Shown here piece after piece: positions 1 through 9,988 of a stretch of DNA of 64,000 bases. A model generated the notes under the pieces. That model searched no databases. It was given only the letters and a program-made list of their open reading frames with translations, and was not told the DNA's origin. Location of the stretch: positions 78,068 to 142,067 of the forward strand of contig JAJDUK010000024.1 in the NCBI GenBank assembly GCA_022826665.1, given 5' to 3'. The stretch's first letter is position 1. Each line of letters starts with the position of its first letter. The stretch is from Alphaproteobacteria bacterium (GTDB lineage: Bacteria; Pseudomonadota; Alphaproteobacteria; UBA828). The position numbers were made by a program, and so were the translations under genes.

Positions 1-631
1 CGGTCTCGTCGATATGGCAGAAGGAGCCGCCGCCGACGCCCACGGTGGTCATGGCGCCGCTCGCGATCGCCTGCACGAAGGGGCCCCAGATCACCCGATC
101 GTAGGGGCCGACCACGTTGCCGGGGTTGACGCAGACGGCATCGAGCCCATTGGCCACTGCCTCCAGCACGATGTCCTCAGCCGCCTTCTTGGTGCGGCAA
201 TAGTTGACTGGAAGCTCGTCGGCGTTCGACGGCGCGGTCTCGTCGATGGGCATGCCGTCGTGAAGACCCCACGTCGCGCCCGTCGACGTATGGATGAAGC
301 GCCCGACATTTTTGGTCTTCGCCGCCTCGACGATGGCGCGCGTGCCCGCCACGTTGGCGTGGGTCTGGGCCTCGTCGCCGGCGGAATCGAAGCTCACGTT
401 GCCGGCCACGTGGAACAAGGCATCCACGCCATCGGGAATCGCGCTCTCGAGAAACGCCCGGTCCCCGATGTCGCCCACCACCAGAGTGGCCGGAAACTGA
501 CTCAGGTAGGTGAGGTCCGAGGTCTCGCGGTGCATGGCGGTCACCGACCAGCCGGCCTCGCCCAGCTGCTTCACCAAGTTGGTGCCGATGAACCCCGAGG
601 CGCCGGTTACGAACGCGGTCTTTGCTGTCAT
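1..631 (-). CDS. NAD-dependent epimerase/dehydratase (SDR family) protein, C-terminally truncated by the window edge
   Basis: Reverse-strand translation gives an N-terminus MTAKTAFVTGASGFIGTNLVKQL with a classic Rossmann GxxGxxG, continuing HVAGNVSF and NPGNVVGP. The start codon lies at 629-631. It is absent from the ORF track because it runs off the window. Confidence 0.8.
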   Translation of the reverse strand, partial: MTAKTAFVTGASGFIGTNLVKQLGEAGWSVTAMHRETSDLTYLSQFPATLVVGDIGDRAFLESAIPDGVDALFHVAGNVSFDSAGDEAQTHANVAGTRAIVEAAKTKNVGRFIHTSTGATWGLHDGMPIDETAPSNADELPVNYCRTKKAAEDIVLEAVANGLDAVCVNPGNVVGPYDRVIWGPFVQAIASGAMTTVGVGGGSFCHIDET

Positions 632-656
632 GCCGTATTCCCCGTATGTGTGCGAA

Positions 657-2171
657 CTACCGCCAGATCGGCTTGCCCGAGCCCGGCAGCCCGTAAGAGT
701 CCCACTTGCCCGTCACCCGCTCCACGATCTCGTCCGCCATGCGGATGCGCGTGCCCCAGGTCCGGCTGGTCTCGGGCCCGATCTTGGTCGTCGCATCGAG
801 ACCGATCTTGGCGCCGAGCCCCGGCTCCGGGCTCGCGAAGTCGAGATAGTCGATGGGCGTGCTCTCGACGACGGTGATGTCGCGCGCCGGGTCCATGCGG
901 GTGGAAACCGCCCACATCACGTCCTTCCAGTCGCGCGCGTCGATGTCGTCGTCCACCACGATCACCCATTTCGTATACATGAACTGCCGCAGATAGGACC
1001 AGACGGCCATCATCACGCGCTTGGCGTGGCCCGCGTAAGACTTCTTGATGGAGACCACGGCGATGCGGTAGCTGCAGCCCTCCGGCGGCAGCCAGAAGTC
1101 CACGATCTCCGGGAACTGCTGGACCAGCAGCGGAATGAACACCTCGTTCAGCGCCTCGCCCAGGATGCTCGGCTCGTCTGGCGGGCGCCCGGTATAGGTC
1201 GAGAGGTAGATCGGATCGCGCCGCATGGTGATGGCGGAGACCGTGAACACCGGGAACGGCTCGACCGCGTTGTAGTAGCCTGTATGATCGCCGTAGGGAC
1301 CTTCGTCCCGGTAATCGTCGAGGCTGACATGGCCCTCGATGACGATCTCGGCTTCGGCCGGCACCTCGAGCGGCACCGTCTTGGCCTGCACCAGCTCCAC
1401 CTTCTGGCCGCGCAGGAGGCCCGCGAACTGATATTCCGAGAGCGTATCCGGCACCGGCGTCACCGCCGCGAGGATGGTGCCGGGGTCCGCGCCGATCACC
1501 GCCGCAGCCGGCAGCGGCTCGCGCTTCTCCTGCCCCCAGCGCCGGTGCTGCTGGGCGCCGCCCCGGTGCGCGAGCCAGCGCATCAGCGTGGTGTCGCGGC
1601 CGGTCACCTGCATCCGGTAGATGCCGAGGTTGTAGTTGTCGATGCGCGAGCGGCTCGGCCCCTTCGTCACCACCAGCGGCCAGGTGATGAGCGGCGCGGG
1701 CTCGCCCGGCCAGCAGGTCTGGATCGGCAGCCGGCCGAGGTCGATGTCGTCGCCCGTGAGCACCACCTCCTGCACCGGCCCGCCGCCCACCGTGCGGGGC
1801 TTCATCGCGCGTACCGTGTTGAGCAGCGGCAGCATCTCGACCGCCTCGCGCCAGCCGCTCGGCGGCTCCGGCTGGCGCAGGAAGGCCAGCGTCTCGCCCA
1901 CCTCGCGCAAGCCGCCGGGCTCCCGGTTCATGCCCCAGGCGACCCGCTCCACCGTGCCGAACAGGTTCACCAGCACCGGCATGTTGAAGCGCCTGCCGTC
2001 CTCGCCCACCACGGTCTCGAACAGCACCGCCGGCCCTTCGTCTGCGATCAGGCGGGTCTGGATCTCGGTCATCTCCAGGTGGGGCGAGACCGGCGCCGAG
2101 ACCCGGTTCAGCCGGCCCGCGCCCTCCAGGCGGGCGATGAAGTCGCGCAGCGATCGATAGGCCATGGGCAC
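657..2171 (-). CDS. ubiD: 4-hydroxy-3-polyprenylbenzoate decarboxylase UbiD
   Basis: 504 aa. Begins (GTG) [15 protein letters not shown] and is UbiD-like throughout, e.g. MRWLAHRGG. Confidence 0.9.
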   Translation of the reverse strand: MPMAYRSLRDFIARLEGAGRLNRVSAPVSPHLEMTEIQTRLIADEGPAVLFETVVGEDGRRFNMPVLVNLFGTVERVAWGMNREPGGLREVGETLAFLRQPEPPSGWREAVEMLPLLNTVRAMKPRTVGGGPVQEVVLTGDDIDLGRLPIQTCWPGEPAPLITWPLVVTKGPSRSRIDNYNLGIYRMQVTGRDTTLMRWLAHRGGAQQHRRWGQEKREPLPAAAVIGADPGTILAAVTPVPDTLSEYQFAGLLRGQKVELVQAKTVPLEVPAEAEIVIEGHVSLDDYRDEGPYGDHTGYYNAVEPFPVFTVSAITMRRDPIYLSTYTGRPPDEPSILGEALNEVFIPLLVQQFPEIVDFWLPPEGCSYRIAVVSIKKSYAGHAKRVMMAVWSYLRQFMYTKWVIVVDDDIDARDWKDVMWAVSTRMDPARDITVVESTPIDYLDFASPEPGLGAKIGLDATTKIGPETSRTWGTRIRMADEIVERVTGKWDSYGLPGSGKPIWR

Positions 2172-2242
2172 CTCGGCGGGAGGCTCACATTCATGGGCAG
2201 GCGCCGGCGCCCGTCAAGCCCGCGCGGCCATCCGCTGGCGGG

Positions 2243-3070
2243 ATGCAACCGGCCATGACCTCCCCCGATACCGCCCTGGTCGAGACCGCGAAGCGCTATC
2301 CCTTCCCGCGGCCAGGGTATTCCTTCCTCTACGTGGACGGCGAGGCGTGGCGACTCAACTCCCTCGGCGACGCCCTGGAGGACGCGGAGGTTGACGTCGA
2401 CGGGCAGATCGTGAGGGTCGGAACCCTGCTGCGGCAACGCGGCATCACCGCCCCTACCCCCCTCAGCCAACGCACGCCGGTGCTGGCCTACGGCGCCAAC
2501 GCCGCGCCCGAGCGCCTGCGGCGAAAGTTCGCGCCCGTCGGCCCGGCCGTCTTCCCGGTCCTCGAGGCCCGGCTCCACGGCTTCGACATCGTCCACGCCG
2601 CCCACATCTCCAGCTACGGCGCGGTGCCGGCGACCCTCGCTGCCTCCCCCGGCACGGCCTGCCACATCGCCGTCACCTGCCTCGACACGCGCGCGCTTGC
2701 GCGCATGCACGAGACCGAGTTCCGCCGGCACACCTACCTGTTCGGCCAGCTGCGCAACATCCGACTCGAACCCGACCTGCTGCCGCCGATGGAGACAGTG
2801 AGCACCTACGTCGGCGGCTACGGCTACATCGCGCCGGAGGGCGCGCCGCTCGCGCTCGCCGCCATCCGGGCCGAGGGTCGGCGCTTCCGCACCTGCTCGC
2901 AGACCGAGGCGCTGCAAGCGATTCAGGCCATGCTCGGGGTGCCGGGGCCGTTGGACGACTTCATCCGGGAGGCCGTCGACGACGAGGCGGTCAGGCAGGA
3001 GCGCACGGCCCGGCTCAGAGCGCAGGCGCAGCCCTTCACCTACGCGGACTTCACGCCCGTCGCGCCGTAA
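2243..3070 (+). CDS. Hypothetical protein with a gamma-glutamylcyclotransferase-like (AIG2/GGCT-like) core
   Basis: 275 aa. The motif VLAYGANAAPERLRRKF ... FPVLEARLHGFDIVH resembles the YGSN plus catalytic region of the GGCT fold. Tight spacing after ubiD and before ubiA. No further homology can be asserted from sequence alone. Confidence 0.45.
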   Translation: MQPAMTSPDTALVETAKRYPFPRPGYSFLYVDGEAWRLNSLGDALEDAEVDVDGQIVRVGTLLRQRGITAPTPLSQRTPVLAYGANAAPERLRRKFAPVGPAVFPVLEARLHGFDIVHAAHISSYGAVPATLAASPGTACHIAVTCLDTRALARMHETEFRRHTYLFGQLRNIRLEPDLLPPMETVSTYVGGYGYIAPEGAPLALAAIRAEGRRFRTCSQTEALQAIQAMLGVPGPLDDFIREAVDDEAVRQERTARLRAQAQPFTYADFTPVAP

Positions 3071-3073
3071 CCT

Positions 3074-4045
3074 TCAACCAAGAGCTTGCGCGGCCACGAT
3101 CCCGGCGAAGAGCGCCAGGCCCACCAGGCTGTTGTTCTTGAACTTGGCGAGGCAATCGGCCGGGCTGTCGATGCGCACGCGGAGCGCCTGCCAGGCGAGC
3201 AGGAACGCTGCCACCGCCACGCCCACGTAGTAGGGCCAGGCCGCCTCGGCGGCGACTCCGGCGCCCGCAAAGCCCGCCACCGCCGCCACGTAGAACGCGA
3301 TCAGGAAGGGCCGCGTCCGTGGCCCAAGCGCGATGGCGCTGGACTTCACCCCGATCAGGAGGTCGTCCTCCTTGTCCTGGTGCGCGTAGATCGTGTCGTA
3401 GCCGAGGGTCCAGGCGATGCCGCCCGCGTAGAGCAGCCCCGCCGGCCAGCCGATGCCGCCCTCGACCGCCGCCCAGCCCAGCAGCGCGCCATAGTTAAAC
3501 GTAATCCCCAGAAAGGCTTGCGGCCAATAGGTGATGCGCTTCATTAAGGGGTAGAGCACCACCAGCAGCAGCGAGCCTACCCCCAGCAGAATCGCGAACA
3601 GGTTGAGCTGGAGCAGGATGGCGAGCCCTGCCCCCAGCAGCACCGCCATGAAGGCCACGGCCCCCTTCACCCCGATGGCGCCGGAGGGCAGCGGCCGCCG
3701 CCGCGTGCGCTCCACCTGCGCGTCGAAGTCGCGGTCGAAGATGTCGTTCAGCGTGCAGCCGGCGGCCCGCATCACGAAGGCGCCGGCGGTGAAGAGCACC
3801 AGCAGCCCGATATCCGGCAGGCCGTCGGAGGCGAGTCCGATGGCCCAGAGGCAGGGCCAGAGCAGGAGCCAGGCGCCGACCGGCTGATCCAGCCGCGCCA
3901 GCGCGACGAAGGGGCGGGCGAAGGGCGGCGCCGCCCGCTCGACCGGCCCAGGCCCTCCTGGGCTACGCCCGGCGGATGCTCCGGCCATGGTGTGCAGGCG
4001 CTCGGCCATGGCTGCTGGTGTATCGTGGCGCCCTGGCACTGACAA
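3074..4045 (-). CDS. ubiA: 4-hydroxybenzoate polyprenyltransferase UbiA
   Basis: Carries the UbiA signature NDIFDRDFDAQVERTRRRPLPSG and multiple TM helices. The true start may be an internal Met (MAERL at 4009 or MAGAS at 3988). Confidence 0.88.
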   Translation of the reverse strand: MSVPGRHDTPAAMAERLHTMAGASAGRSPGGPGPVERAAPPFARPFVALARLDQPVGAWLLLWPCLWAIGLASDGLPDIGLLVLFTAGAFVMRAAGCTLNDIFDRDFDAQVERTRRRPLPSGAIGVKGAVAFMAVLLGAGLAILLQLNLFAILLGVGSLLLVVLYPLMKRITYWPQAFLGITFNYGALLGWAAVEGGIGWPAGLLYAGGIAWTLGYDTIYAHQDKEDDLLIGVKSSAIALGPRTRPFLIAFYVAAVAGFAGAGVAAEAAWPYYVGVAVAAFLLAWQALRVRIDSPADCLAKFKNNSLVGLALFAGIVAAQALG

Positions 4046-4059
4046 GCGGAGAGCCGTCC

Positions 4060-4797
4060 ATGGCGGGCGCGCGCGACGGCGGCCCGAGAACGATCCGCCT
4101 CTTCGTCGAGGCGCCGCTCGCCGCGGGCGCGACGGTCGCCCTGGCCTCCGGCCAGGCCCACTACCTCCGCAACGTCATGCGCCAGGCGCCTGGGGACCGG
4201 ATTCGCCTGTTCAACGGCCGCGACGGGGAGTGGGAGGGCGCCATCGAGACCCTCGCACCCAGCCGTGCCGGCATCCGCCTGGGCGCGCGACTCGCGCCCC
4301 AGCCACCGGCGACCGACCTGCGGCTCCTGTTCGCGCCGCTCAAGTCCGAGCGCACCCGCTTCGTGGTCGAGAAGGCGACCGAGCTTGGCGTCGGCGCCAT
4401 CCAGCCGGTGTTCACCCGCTACGGCCAGACCAGGCGCGTCAATGTCGAGCGGCTCCACGCCCACGCCATCGAGGCGGCGGAGCAGTGCGGCCGCCTGGAC
4501 GTGCCAAGCATCATGCCCCCCTGCCCCCTCACCGATGCGCTGGCTGACTGGCCGCCGGAACGCCGGCTGTTGGTCTGCGACCCCGAGGCCGAACGCTCGG
4601 TCGCCGAGTCGCTGGCGGACGCCCCGGCCGGCATCCTGGTGGGGCCCGAAGGCGGATTCGCGCCTGACGAGCGGCGCCTGCTCGCCGATCACCCGGCAAC
4701 CGTCCCAGCCCGCCTCGGCCCCCGAATCCTGCGCGCCGAGACCGCGGTCGCGGCGGCGCTGGCCTGCTGGCAGGCCCTCGCCGGCGACTGGCGATGA
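4060..4797 (+). CDS. rsmE: 16S rRNA (uracil1498-N3)-methyltransferase RsmE
   Basis: MAGARDGGPRTIRLFVEAPLAAGATVALASGQAHYLRNVMR is a classic RsmE N-terminus and GPEGGF a classic C-terminus. Start chosen at the internal Met of track ORF 3976..4797. Confidence 0.82.
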   Translation: MAGARDGGPRTIRLFVEAPLAAGATVALASGQAHYLRNVMRQAPGDRIRLFNGRDGEWEGAIETLAPSRAGIRLGARLAPQPPATDLRLLFAPLKSERTRFVVEKATELGVGAIQPVFTRYGQTRRVNVERLHAHAIEAAEQCGRLDVPSIMPPCPLTDALADWPPERRLLVCDPEAERSVAESLADAPAGILVGPEGGFAPDERRLLADHPATVPARLGPRILRAETAVAAALACWQALAGDWR

Positions 4798-4902
4798 GGC
4801 CGCGCTGCGCCAAACACAGCCCTGCCATGTCCCGGCTCGCCGTTCGATAGGCTGGACAGCGGCGCCCGAATAGGGGAAACCCGCACAGCTTCGACGCGAC
4901 CG

Positions 4903-6276
4903 TTGGGAGGGGGCGTGAACGAAAGCGCCACCAGGCAAGGCGAGGCGCTCACCCGCCGCGACCTGATCGCCTATCTCGAATCCGGCTGCAAGCCGCGCTC
5001 CGCGTGGCGCATCGGCACGGAGCACGAGAAGTTCGGCCACCGCCTCGCGGATCACGCGCCGCTCCCTTACGAGGGAACGTGGGGAATCCGCGCGCTCCTG
5101 GAAGGGCTGCAGCGCTACGGCTGGACCCCCTACCTGGAGAACGGCAACCCCATCGCGCTGCTCAAGGACGGCCAGTCCGTGACGCTGGAGCCGGGCGGCC
5201 AGCTTGAGCTTTCGGGCGCCCCGCTCCACAACCTGCACCGCACCTGCGACGAGGTGCACGCGCACCTGGATCAGGTGCGCACGGTCTCCGCCGAGCTCGG
5301 CATCGGCTTCTACGGCGTGGGCTTCCGCCCCGATGCGCCGCGCGAGGCGATCCCGTGGATGCCAAAGGGCCGCTACGCGATCATGCGCCGCTACATGCCA
5401 ACGCGGGGCAGCCTCGGCCTCGACATGATGACCCGCACCTGCACCGTGCAGGTCAATCTCGATTTCGAGTCGGAAGCCGACATGGTGCGCAAGATGCGCG
5501 TCGCCATGGCCCTGCAGCCGGTCGCCACCGCGCTCTTCGCCATCTCGCCCTTCGTCGAGGGCAAGCCGAGCGGATTCCGCAGCTACCGCAGCCATGTCTG
5601 GACCGATACCGACCCCGACCGCTGCGGCCTGCTCGATTTCGTCTTCGAGCCCGGCATGGGGTTCGAGCGCTATGCCGACTACGTGCTGGACGCGCCCATG
5701 TACTTCGTGGCGCGGGACGGCGGCTACGTGGACGTGGCGGGCGAATCCTTCCGCGACTTCATGGAGGGCGCCCTGCCGCAGCTCCCCGGCGAGCGGCCCA
5801 CGCTCAAGGATTGGGAAGATCATCTCACCACCGTCTTCCCCGAGGTCCGACTCAAGACCTTCATCGAGATGCGGGGTGCGGACAGCGGGCCCTGGGGCAA
5901 GGTCTGCGCGTTGCCGGCGCTTTGGGTCGGCCTGCTCTACGATTCGACCGCATTGAACGAGGCCGAGGCGCTGGTCTCCGACTGGTCCGCCGACGATGTC
6001 GCGGCGATGCTCGGCGCCGTGCCGCGGGAGGCGCTCCGCGCCACGGTCGGCGGGCGGACGGTCCAGGAGATCGCCCGCGACACGGTGGAGATCGCGGCCG
6101 GCGGCCTCATGCGCCGCGCCGTCGCCGGCAACCTCGATTCCGACGAGCGCTCCTATCTCACCTACCTGCGCCAGATCGCCGAGAGCGGGCGGACCGCCGC
6201 CGATGACATGCTGGAGGCCTACGAGGGTCGCTGGGGCCGCAGCATCGAGCCACTGTTCGAGGAATACGCCTATTAG
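4903..6276 (+). CDS. gshA: Glutamate--cysteine ligase (GCS2 / plant-type GshA)
   Basis: 457 aa. LTRRDLIAYLESGCKPRSAWRIGTEHEKF and the overall GCS2 family pattern typical of alphaproteobacterial gshA. Confidence 0.9.
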   Translation: MGGGVNESATRQGEALTRRDLIAYLESGCKPRSAWRIGTEHEKFGHRLADHAPLPYEGTWGIRALLEGLQRYGWTPYLENGNPIALLKDGQSVTLEPGGQLELSGAPLHNLHRTCDEVHAHLDQVRTVSAELGIGFYGVGFRPDAPREAIPWMPKGRYAIMRRYMPTRGSLGLDMMTRTCTVQVNLDFESEADMVRKMRVAMALQPVATALFAISPFVEGKPSGFRSYRSHVWTDTDPDRCGLLDFVFEPGMGFERYADYVLDAPMYFVARDGGYVDVAGESFRDFMEGALPQLPGERPTLKDWEDHLTTVFPEVRLKTFIEMRGADSGPWGKVCALPALWVGLLYDSTALNEAEALVSDWSADDVAAMLGAVPREALRATVGGRTVQEIARDTVEIAAGGLMRRAVAGNLDSDERSYLTYLRQIAESGRTAADDMLEAYEGRWGRSIEPLFEEYAY

Positions 6277-7462
6277 CGCCGGCGGCCTCGGTTATCGTAT
6301 CAACCCGGCGCTCGGCGCCGTCATCCCGCCGCCCATCGCCGAGATCGCGAGCTTGGCCGCCGGCCGCGACTTCCCGCCCGAGAAGCCGCTGCTCGATCTC
6401 GCCCAGGCGGTGCCCGCCTACCCGCCGGCCGAGGCGCTCACCGCCCATCTCGCGGACGCGGTGCGCCGGCCGGAGACGGCGCGCTATACCCCGATCGTCG
6501 GTCGCGGCGATCTGCGCAGCGCCCTCGCATCAGCGCTCTCGGAGGCTTACGGCGGCGACGTGACCCGCGATCAAGTCGCGATCACGGCAGGCTGCAACCA
6601 AGCCTTCTGCCTTGCGCTCATGGCGCTCGCCGGGCCGGGCGACGAGGCGATCCTGGCCGCGCCCTCCTACTTCAACTACCAGATGTGGCTGGAGATGCTG
6701 GGCATCGCGCCGGTCTATCTCCCCTTCCGGCCCGAGCGCGGCGGCGTGCCGGACCCGGCCGACGCCGCGGCGCGGATCACGCCCCGCACCCGCGCCATCG
6801 TGCTGGTAACGCCCAACAACCCGACGGGCGCCATCTATCCGCCGGCGGTCATCGAGGAGTTCCACCGCCTCGCGCGCGACGCCGGCCTCGCCCTGGTGCT
6901 GGACGAGACCTACCGCGACTTCCTGCCCGGCGACGGCCCGCCCCACGGCCTGCTTGCGCGCCCGGACTGGGACCGGACGCTGATCCACCTCTACAGCTTC
7001 TCCAAGGTCTACAGCCTCACCGGCTACCGGGTCGGCGCGCTGGTGGCGGGCGCCGGACTACTCGCCGAGGTCGCCAAGGCCGCCGATTGCGTCGCCATCT
7101 GCGCGCCCGCCATCGCGCAGGAGGCAGCGCTCTACGGCCTCCGCAACCTCTCCGACTTCCGCGCCGACAAGCGGCGCTTGGTGCTGGAGCGCGTCGCCCA
7201 GTTCCGCGCCGTCTTCGCGCGCAACGACCTCGCCTACGAGCTGATCTGCGCCGGCGCCTTCTTCGCCTACGTGCGCCACCCGTTCGCCGGCACGCCCGCC
7301 GTCGATGTGGCCCAGCGACTGATTCGGGAAGAGAACGTGCTCTGCCTGCCCGGCAGCGCCTTCGGCCCCGATCAGGACAGCTATCTGCGCTTCGCGCTCG
7401 CCAACATCGACGGCGACGCGATGGCATTGCTCGGCGACCGCCTGGTCGCGAGCCAGACTTAG
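6203..7462 (+). CDS. PLP-dependent aminotransferase, class I/II
   Basis: INPALGAVIPPPIAEI N-terminus, NNPTGAIY, and the SFSKVYSLTGYRVG lysine motif. The start is ambiguous: no ATG/GTG after the gshA stop until a TTG near 6349. The in-frame ATG at 6203 overlaps gshA by 74 nt. Confidence 0.8.
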   Translation: MTCWRPTRVAGAAASSHCSRNTPISAGGLGYRINPALGAVIPPPIAEIASLAAGRDFPPEKPLLDLAQAVPAYPPAEALTAHLADAVRRPETARYTPIVGRGDLRSALASALSEAYGGDVTRDQVAITAGCNQAFCLALMALAGPGDEAILAAPSYFNYQMWLEMLGIAPVYLPFRPERGGVPDPADAAARITPRTRAIVLVTPNNPTGAIYPPAVIEEFHRLARDAGLALVLDETYRDFLPGDGPPHGLLARPDWDRTLIHLYSFSKVYSLTGYRVGALVAGAGLLAEVAKAADCVAICAPAIAQEAALYGLRNLSDFRADKRRLVLERVAQFRAVFARNDLAYELICAGAFFAYVRHPFAGTPAVDVAQRLIREENVLCLPGSAFGPDQDSYLRFALANIDGDAMALLGDRLVASQT

Positions 7463-7472
7463 ACGCCTCCGG

Positions 7473-8588
7473 CTACGCTTCGGAAAAGCGGCCGATATCG
7501 AAGCCCTCGATGGGCGTCTCGGTGCGGCCGTCGAGCGCAAGCTCCGCCGCCACCGCGCCGGACGCAGGGCCCAGGCAGAACCCGTGGCCGCTGAAGCCGA
7601 AGGCATGGACCAGGCCGGGCGTGGTCCGGCTCGGGCAGAGCACCGGCAGGTGATCCGGCGTACAGCCCTCCACCCCGCTCCAGAAGCGGATCACGGAGAG
7701 ATCGGCGATGCGGGGGATGATGTCGATGGTCCGCGCCAGCGTGGTCAGGCTCTCCTCCGCGTCGACCTTGGCGAAGCCGACATCGAGGTCGGCGGTGCCG
7801 CTGCGCCCGCCGAATATGACGTTGCCGCGCGGGATCTGGCGCGCATAGACGTCGCCTCCCACCACGGCGAGCACGGGCACCATAAAGTAGGGCGCGGGTT
7901 CGGTGACGATCATCTGCGGCTCCATCGGCCAGATCTCGACCCGCTCGCCGAATCGGGCCGCGAGCCGCGCGCCCCAGGCGCCCGAGCTGTTGATCAGCGC
8001 GCCCCCGCGCAGCGTGCGCCCGGATTCGGTCTCGACCACGAAGCCGCCGCCGTCGCGCGCCACATGCTTCGCGCCGTCGAGCTCGATCAGCTCGGCGCCG
8101 GCCGCCCGCGCCGCCCGCGCGAAGGCGGGGCCCACCAGGCGCGGGTTGGCCTGCCCGTCGCTCGCGCAGTAGGCGGCGCCCACGGCGCTCTCGCCCAGCC
8201 AGGGGTAGCGATCCCGCAGCGCGTTGCGTCCCAGCATCTGGACCTCGACCCCGTGCTCGCCTTGCGCCTCGGCGTGGGCCGCGATCTGCTCCAGGTCCGC
8301 CTCGTTGCGCGCCACCTTGATGTTGCCGGTGATCGCGTACTCGCAATCGCTCCCCACCAGCTCCGGCAGACGCCTCCAGACCTTGAGCGCGCGCGCCGCG
8401 ATGGGCAGCTCGGCGAGCTTCCGCCCGTTGCGCCGGACACCGCCGAAATTGACGCCGCTCGCCGCCGCGCCGAGCTGGTTCTTCTCCACCACCGCGACGC
8501 TTGCGCCGCGCTCGCGCAGTCGGAGCGCCGCGGCGCAGCCGACCAGCCCGCCGCCGACGATGACCACGTCGGTCCGCAACTCGCTCAT
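7473..8588 (-). CDS. FAD-dependent oxidoreductase (DAO family), HcnC/OoxB-like beta subunit of a three-component dehydrogenase
   Basis: MSELRTDVVIVGGGLVGCAAALRL dinucleotide-binding motif and DAO-family body. The start overlaps the upstream gene's stop as ATGA. Confidence 0.85.
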   Translation of the reverse strand: MSELRTDVVIVGGGLVGCAAALRLRERGASVAVVEKNQLGAAASGVNFGGVRRNGRKLAELPIAARALKVWRRLPELVGSDCEYAITGNIKVARNEADLEQIAAHAEAQGEHGVEVQMLGRNALRDRYPWLGESAVGAAYCASDGQANPRLVGPAFARAARAAGAELIELDGAKHVARDGGGFVVETESGRTLRGGALINSSGAWGARLAARFGERVEIWPMEPQMIVTEPAPYFMVPVLAVVGGDVYARQIPRGNVIFGGRSGTADLDVGFAKVDAEESLTTLARTIDIIPRIADLSVIRFWSGVEGCTPDHLPVLCPSRTTPGLVHAFGFSGHGFCLGPASGAVAAELALDGRTETPIEGFDIGRFSEA

Positions 8589-9988
8589 ATGGAGGCCGCC
8601 CGTGCGCGATCCTCGATCGCGGCTTCGGCGCCCGCGCGGATCGCGAGCGGCTTGACCGGCGCCTGCCCGCGCAGCCGGCCCACCTCCTCTACCCCGCAGC
8701 CGCGCGCGGCAGCGAGGATCTGGGCGGCGGCGGGGCCGCACACCCGGCCCTGGCAGCGCCCCATGCCGACTCGCGTAAACGCCTTGGCCCGGTTCATCTC
8801 CGCCGGATCGAGGGCGCGGCCTTGGCGAATCTCGCCGGCGGTAATCGCCTCGCAGCGGCAGATCACGGTCTCGTCCGGCAGCGTCCGCGCCATGTGGAAG
8901 GGCGTCGGCATGGCCCGCTCCAGCGCGTCGCGGAAGCGCATGATGCGCCGGAGCTTCGCCCGCTGCCTCGCCTGCAGCCCACGATCCGCCGCGATGCCCG
9001 TGTCGGCGAGCAAGGCGAGTGCCGCGAGCCGGCCGCGTACCTCCGCCGCATCGGCGCCGGCCACTCCGGCGCCGTCGCCTGCGAGGTAGACCGAGCCCTT
9101 GAGCGCCCGGCCGTCCTCGTCCGCCTCCGGCAGCCATTGCTGTGCGAGCGGGTCGAAGGCCATCTCGCAACCCGCAAGCTCGGCAAGCTGCACCTCGGAC
9201 TTGACGCTGTAGCCGATGCCGAGCCCGGTGCAGGTGATCCGGTGCTTACGCCCGCGCCGATCCAGGTAGCGCACGGCCTCCAGGGCCGCCTCGCCCTCGG
9301 CCGCCACCGGCGTGATGCCGCGCCGCACCGGGATTCCCGCCGTGCGCGGCCAGGTCATGTACCAGAGCCCCTTGGCGAAGGTCCGCCCGCCCCGGAGCAA
9401 GCCGGGAAACACCGGGATCGCCTGGGACAAGTGGGACGTGTCCAGCACTGCCGCCACGCGCGCGCCCGCGTGGGCGTACTGGTAGGCGACGAGGTAGAGC
9501 AGCGGCCCGGTGCCCATGAAGACCACCGGATCGCCAATGGCGCAGCCCTGCGCCTTCAGCGCGACCTGCGAGCCCCCCATGGTGAACACGCCGGGCAGCG
9601 TCCAGCCGGGAAACGGAATCACCCGGTCCATGGCCCCGGTGGCGAGGATGAGCGCGTCGAACGCGATCCGCTCGATGCCGTCCGGGCCGAGCGCCTGGGC
9701 GACGCCGCCCTCGATGTTCCAGATCATGGTGTCGGGGCGATAGTCGATGCGCTCCCGCAGGCCGTCGAGCGCCGCGTGCACCGCCTGCGCCTTGCGCGCC
9801 TCGAAGCCGTAGAGCGCGGCGGCCGGCCGCTTGAACCCGTTCGGCGGCCGGCGATAGATCTGCCCGCCGCTGCGCGCGTTCTCGTCGACCACGACCGGCG
9901 CGACGCCGTGCGCGACCAGCGTCTCCGCCGCCCGCGTTCCCGCCGGGCCCGCACCGACGATCAGCACCCTTGGCGTGTCGCCGCTCAT
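8585..9988 (-). CDS. FAD/NAD(P)-binding oxidoreductase with BFD-like [2Fe-2S] domain, HcnB/OoxA-like alpha subunit
   Basis: MSGDTPRVLIVGAGPAGTRAAE, then a second nucleotide-binding region and CRCEAITAGEI ... GMGRCQGRVCGP (BFD-like Cys cluster). ATGA overlaps at both ends. Confidence 0.85.
   Translation of the reverse strand: MSGDTPRVLIVGAGPAGTRAAETLVAHGVAPVVVDENARSGGQIYRRPPNGFKRPAAALYGFEARKAQAVHAALDGLRERIDYRPDTMIWNIEGGVAQALGPDGIERIAFDALILATGAMDRVIPFPGWTLPGVFTMGGSQVALKAQGCAIGDPVVFMGTGPLLYLVAYQYAHAGARVAAVLDTSHLSQAIPVFPGLLRGGRTFAKGLWYMTWPRTAGIPVRRGITPVAAEGEAALEAVRYLDRRGRKHRITCTGLGIGYSVKSEVQLAELAGCEMAFDPLAQQWLPEADEDGRALKGSVYLAGDGAGVAGADAAEVRGRLAALALLADTGIAADRGLQARQRAKLRRIMRFRDALERAMPTPFHMARTLPDETVICRCEAITAGEIRQGRALDPAEMNRAKAFTRVGMGRCQGRVCGPAAAQILAAARGCGVEEVGRLRGQAPVKPLAIRAGAEAAIEDRARAASI

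Noticed and set aside
510-2258. 582-aa plus-strand ORF covering ubiD
   Set aside because: Opposite strand of a clear UbiD gene. The translation is dominated by R/A/G/H with no motifs.
3772-5823. 683-aa minus-strand ORF spanning ubiA, rsmE and gshA
   Set aside because: Antisense to three well-supported genes. Composition is Arg/Ala/Gly-rich low complexity typical of wrong-frame ORFs in about 70% GC DNA; no recognisable domain.
7017-9089. Several long Arg-rich ORFs (e.g. 7584..9089 plus strand, 7459..8346 minus strand) over the Hcn-like operon
   Set aside because: Alternative-frame artefacts. The called genes carry strong dinucleotide-binding and Fe-S motifs and tight ATGA coupling.
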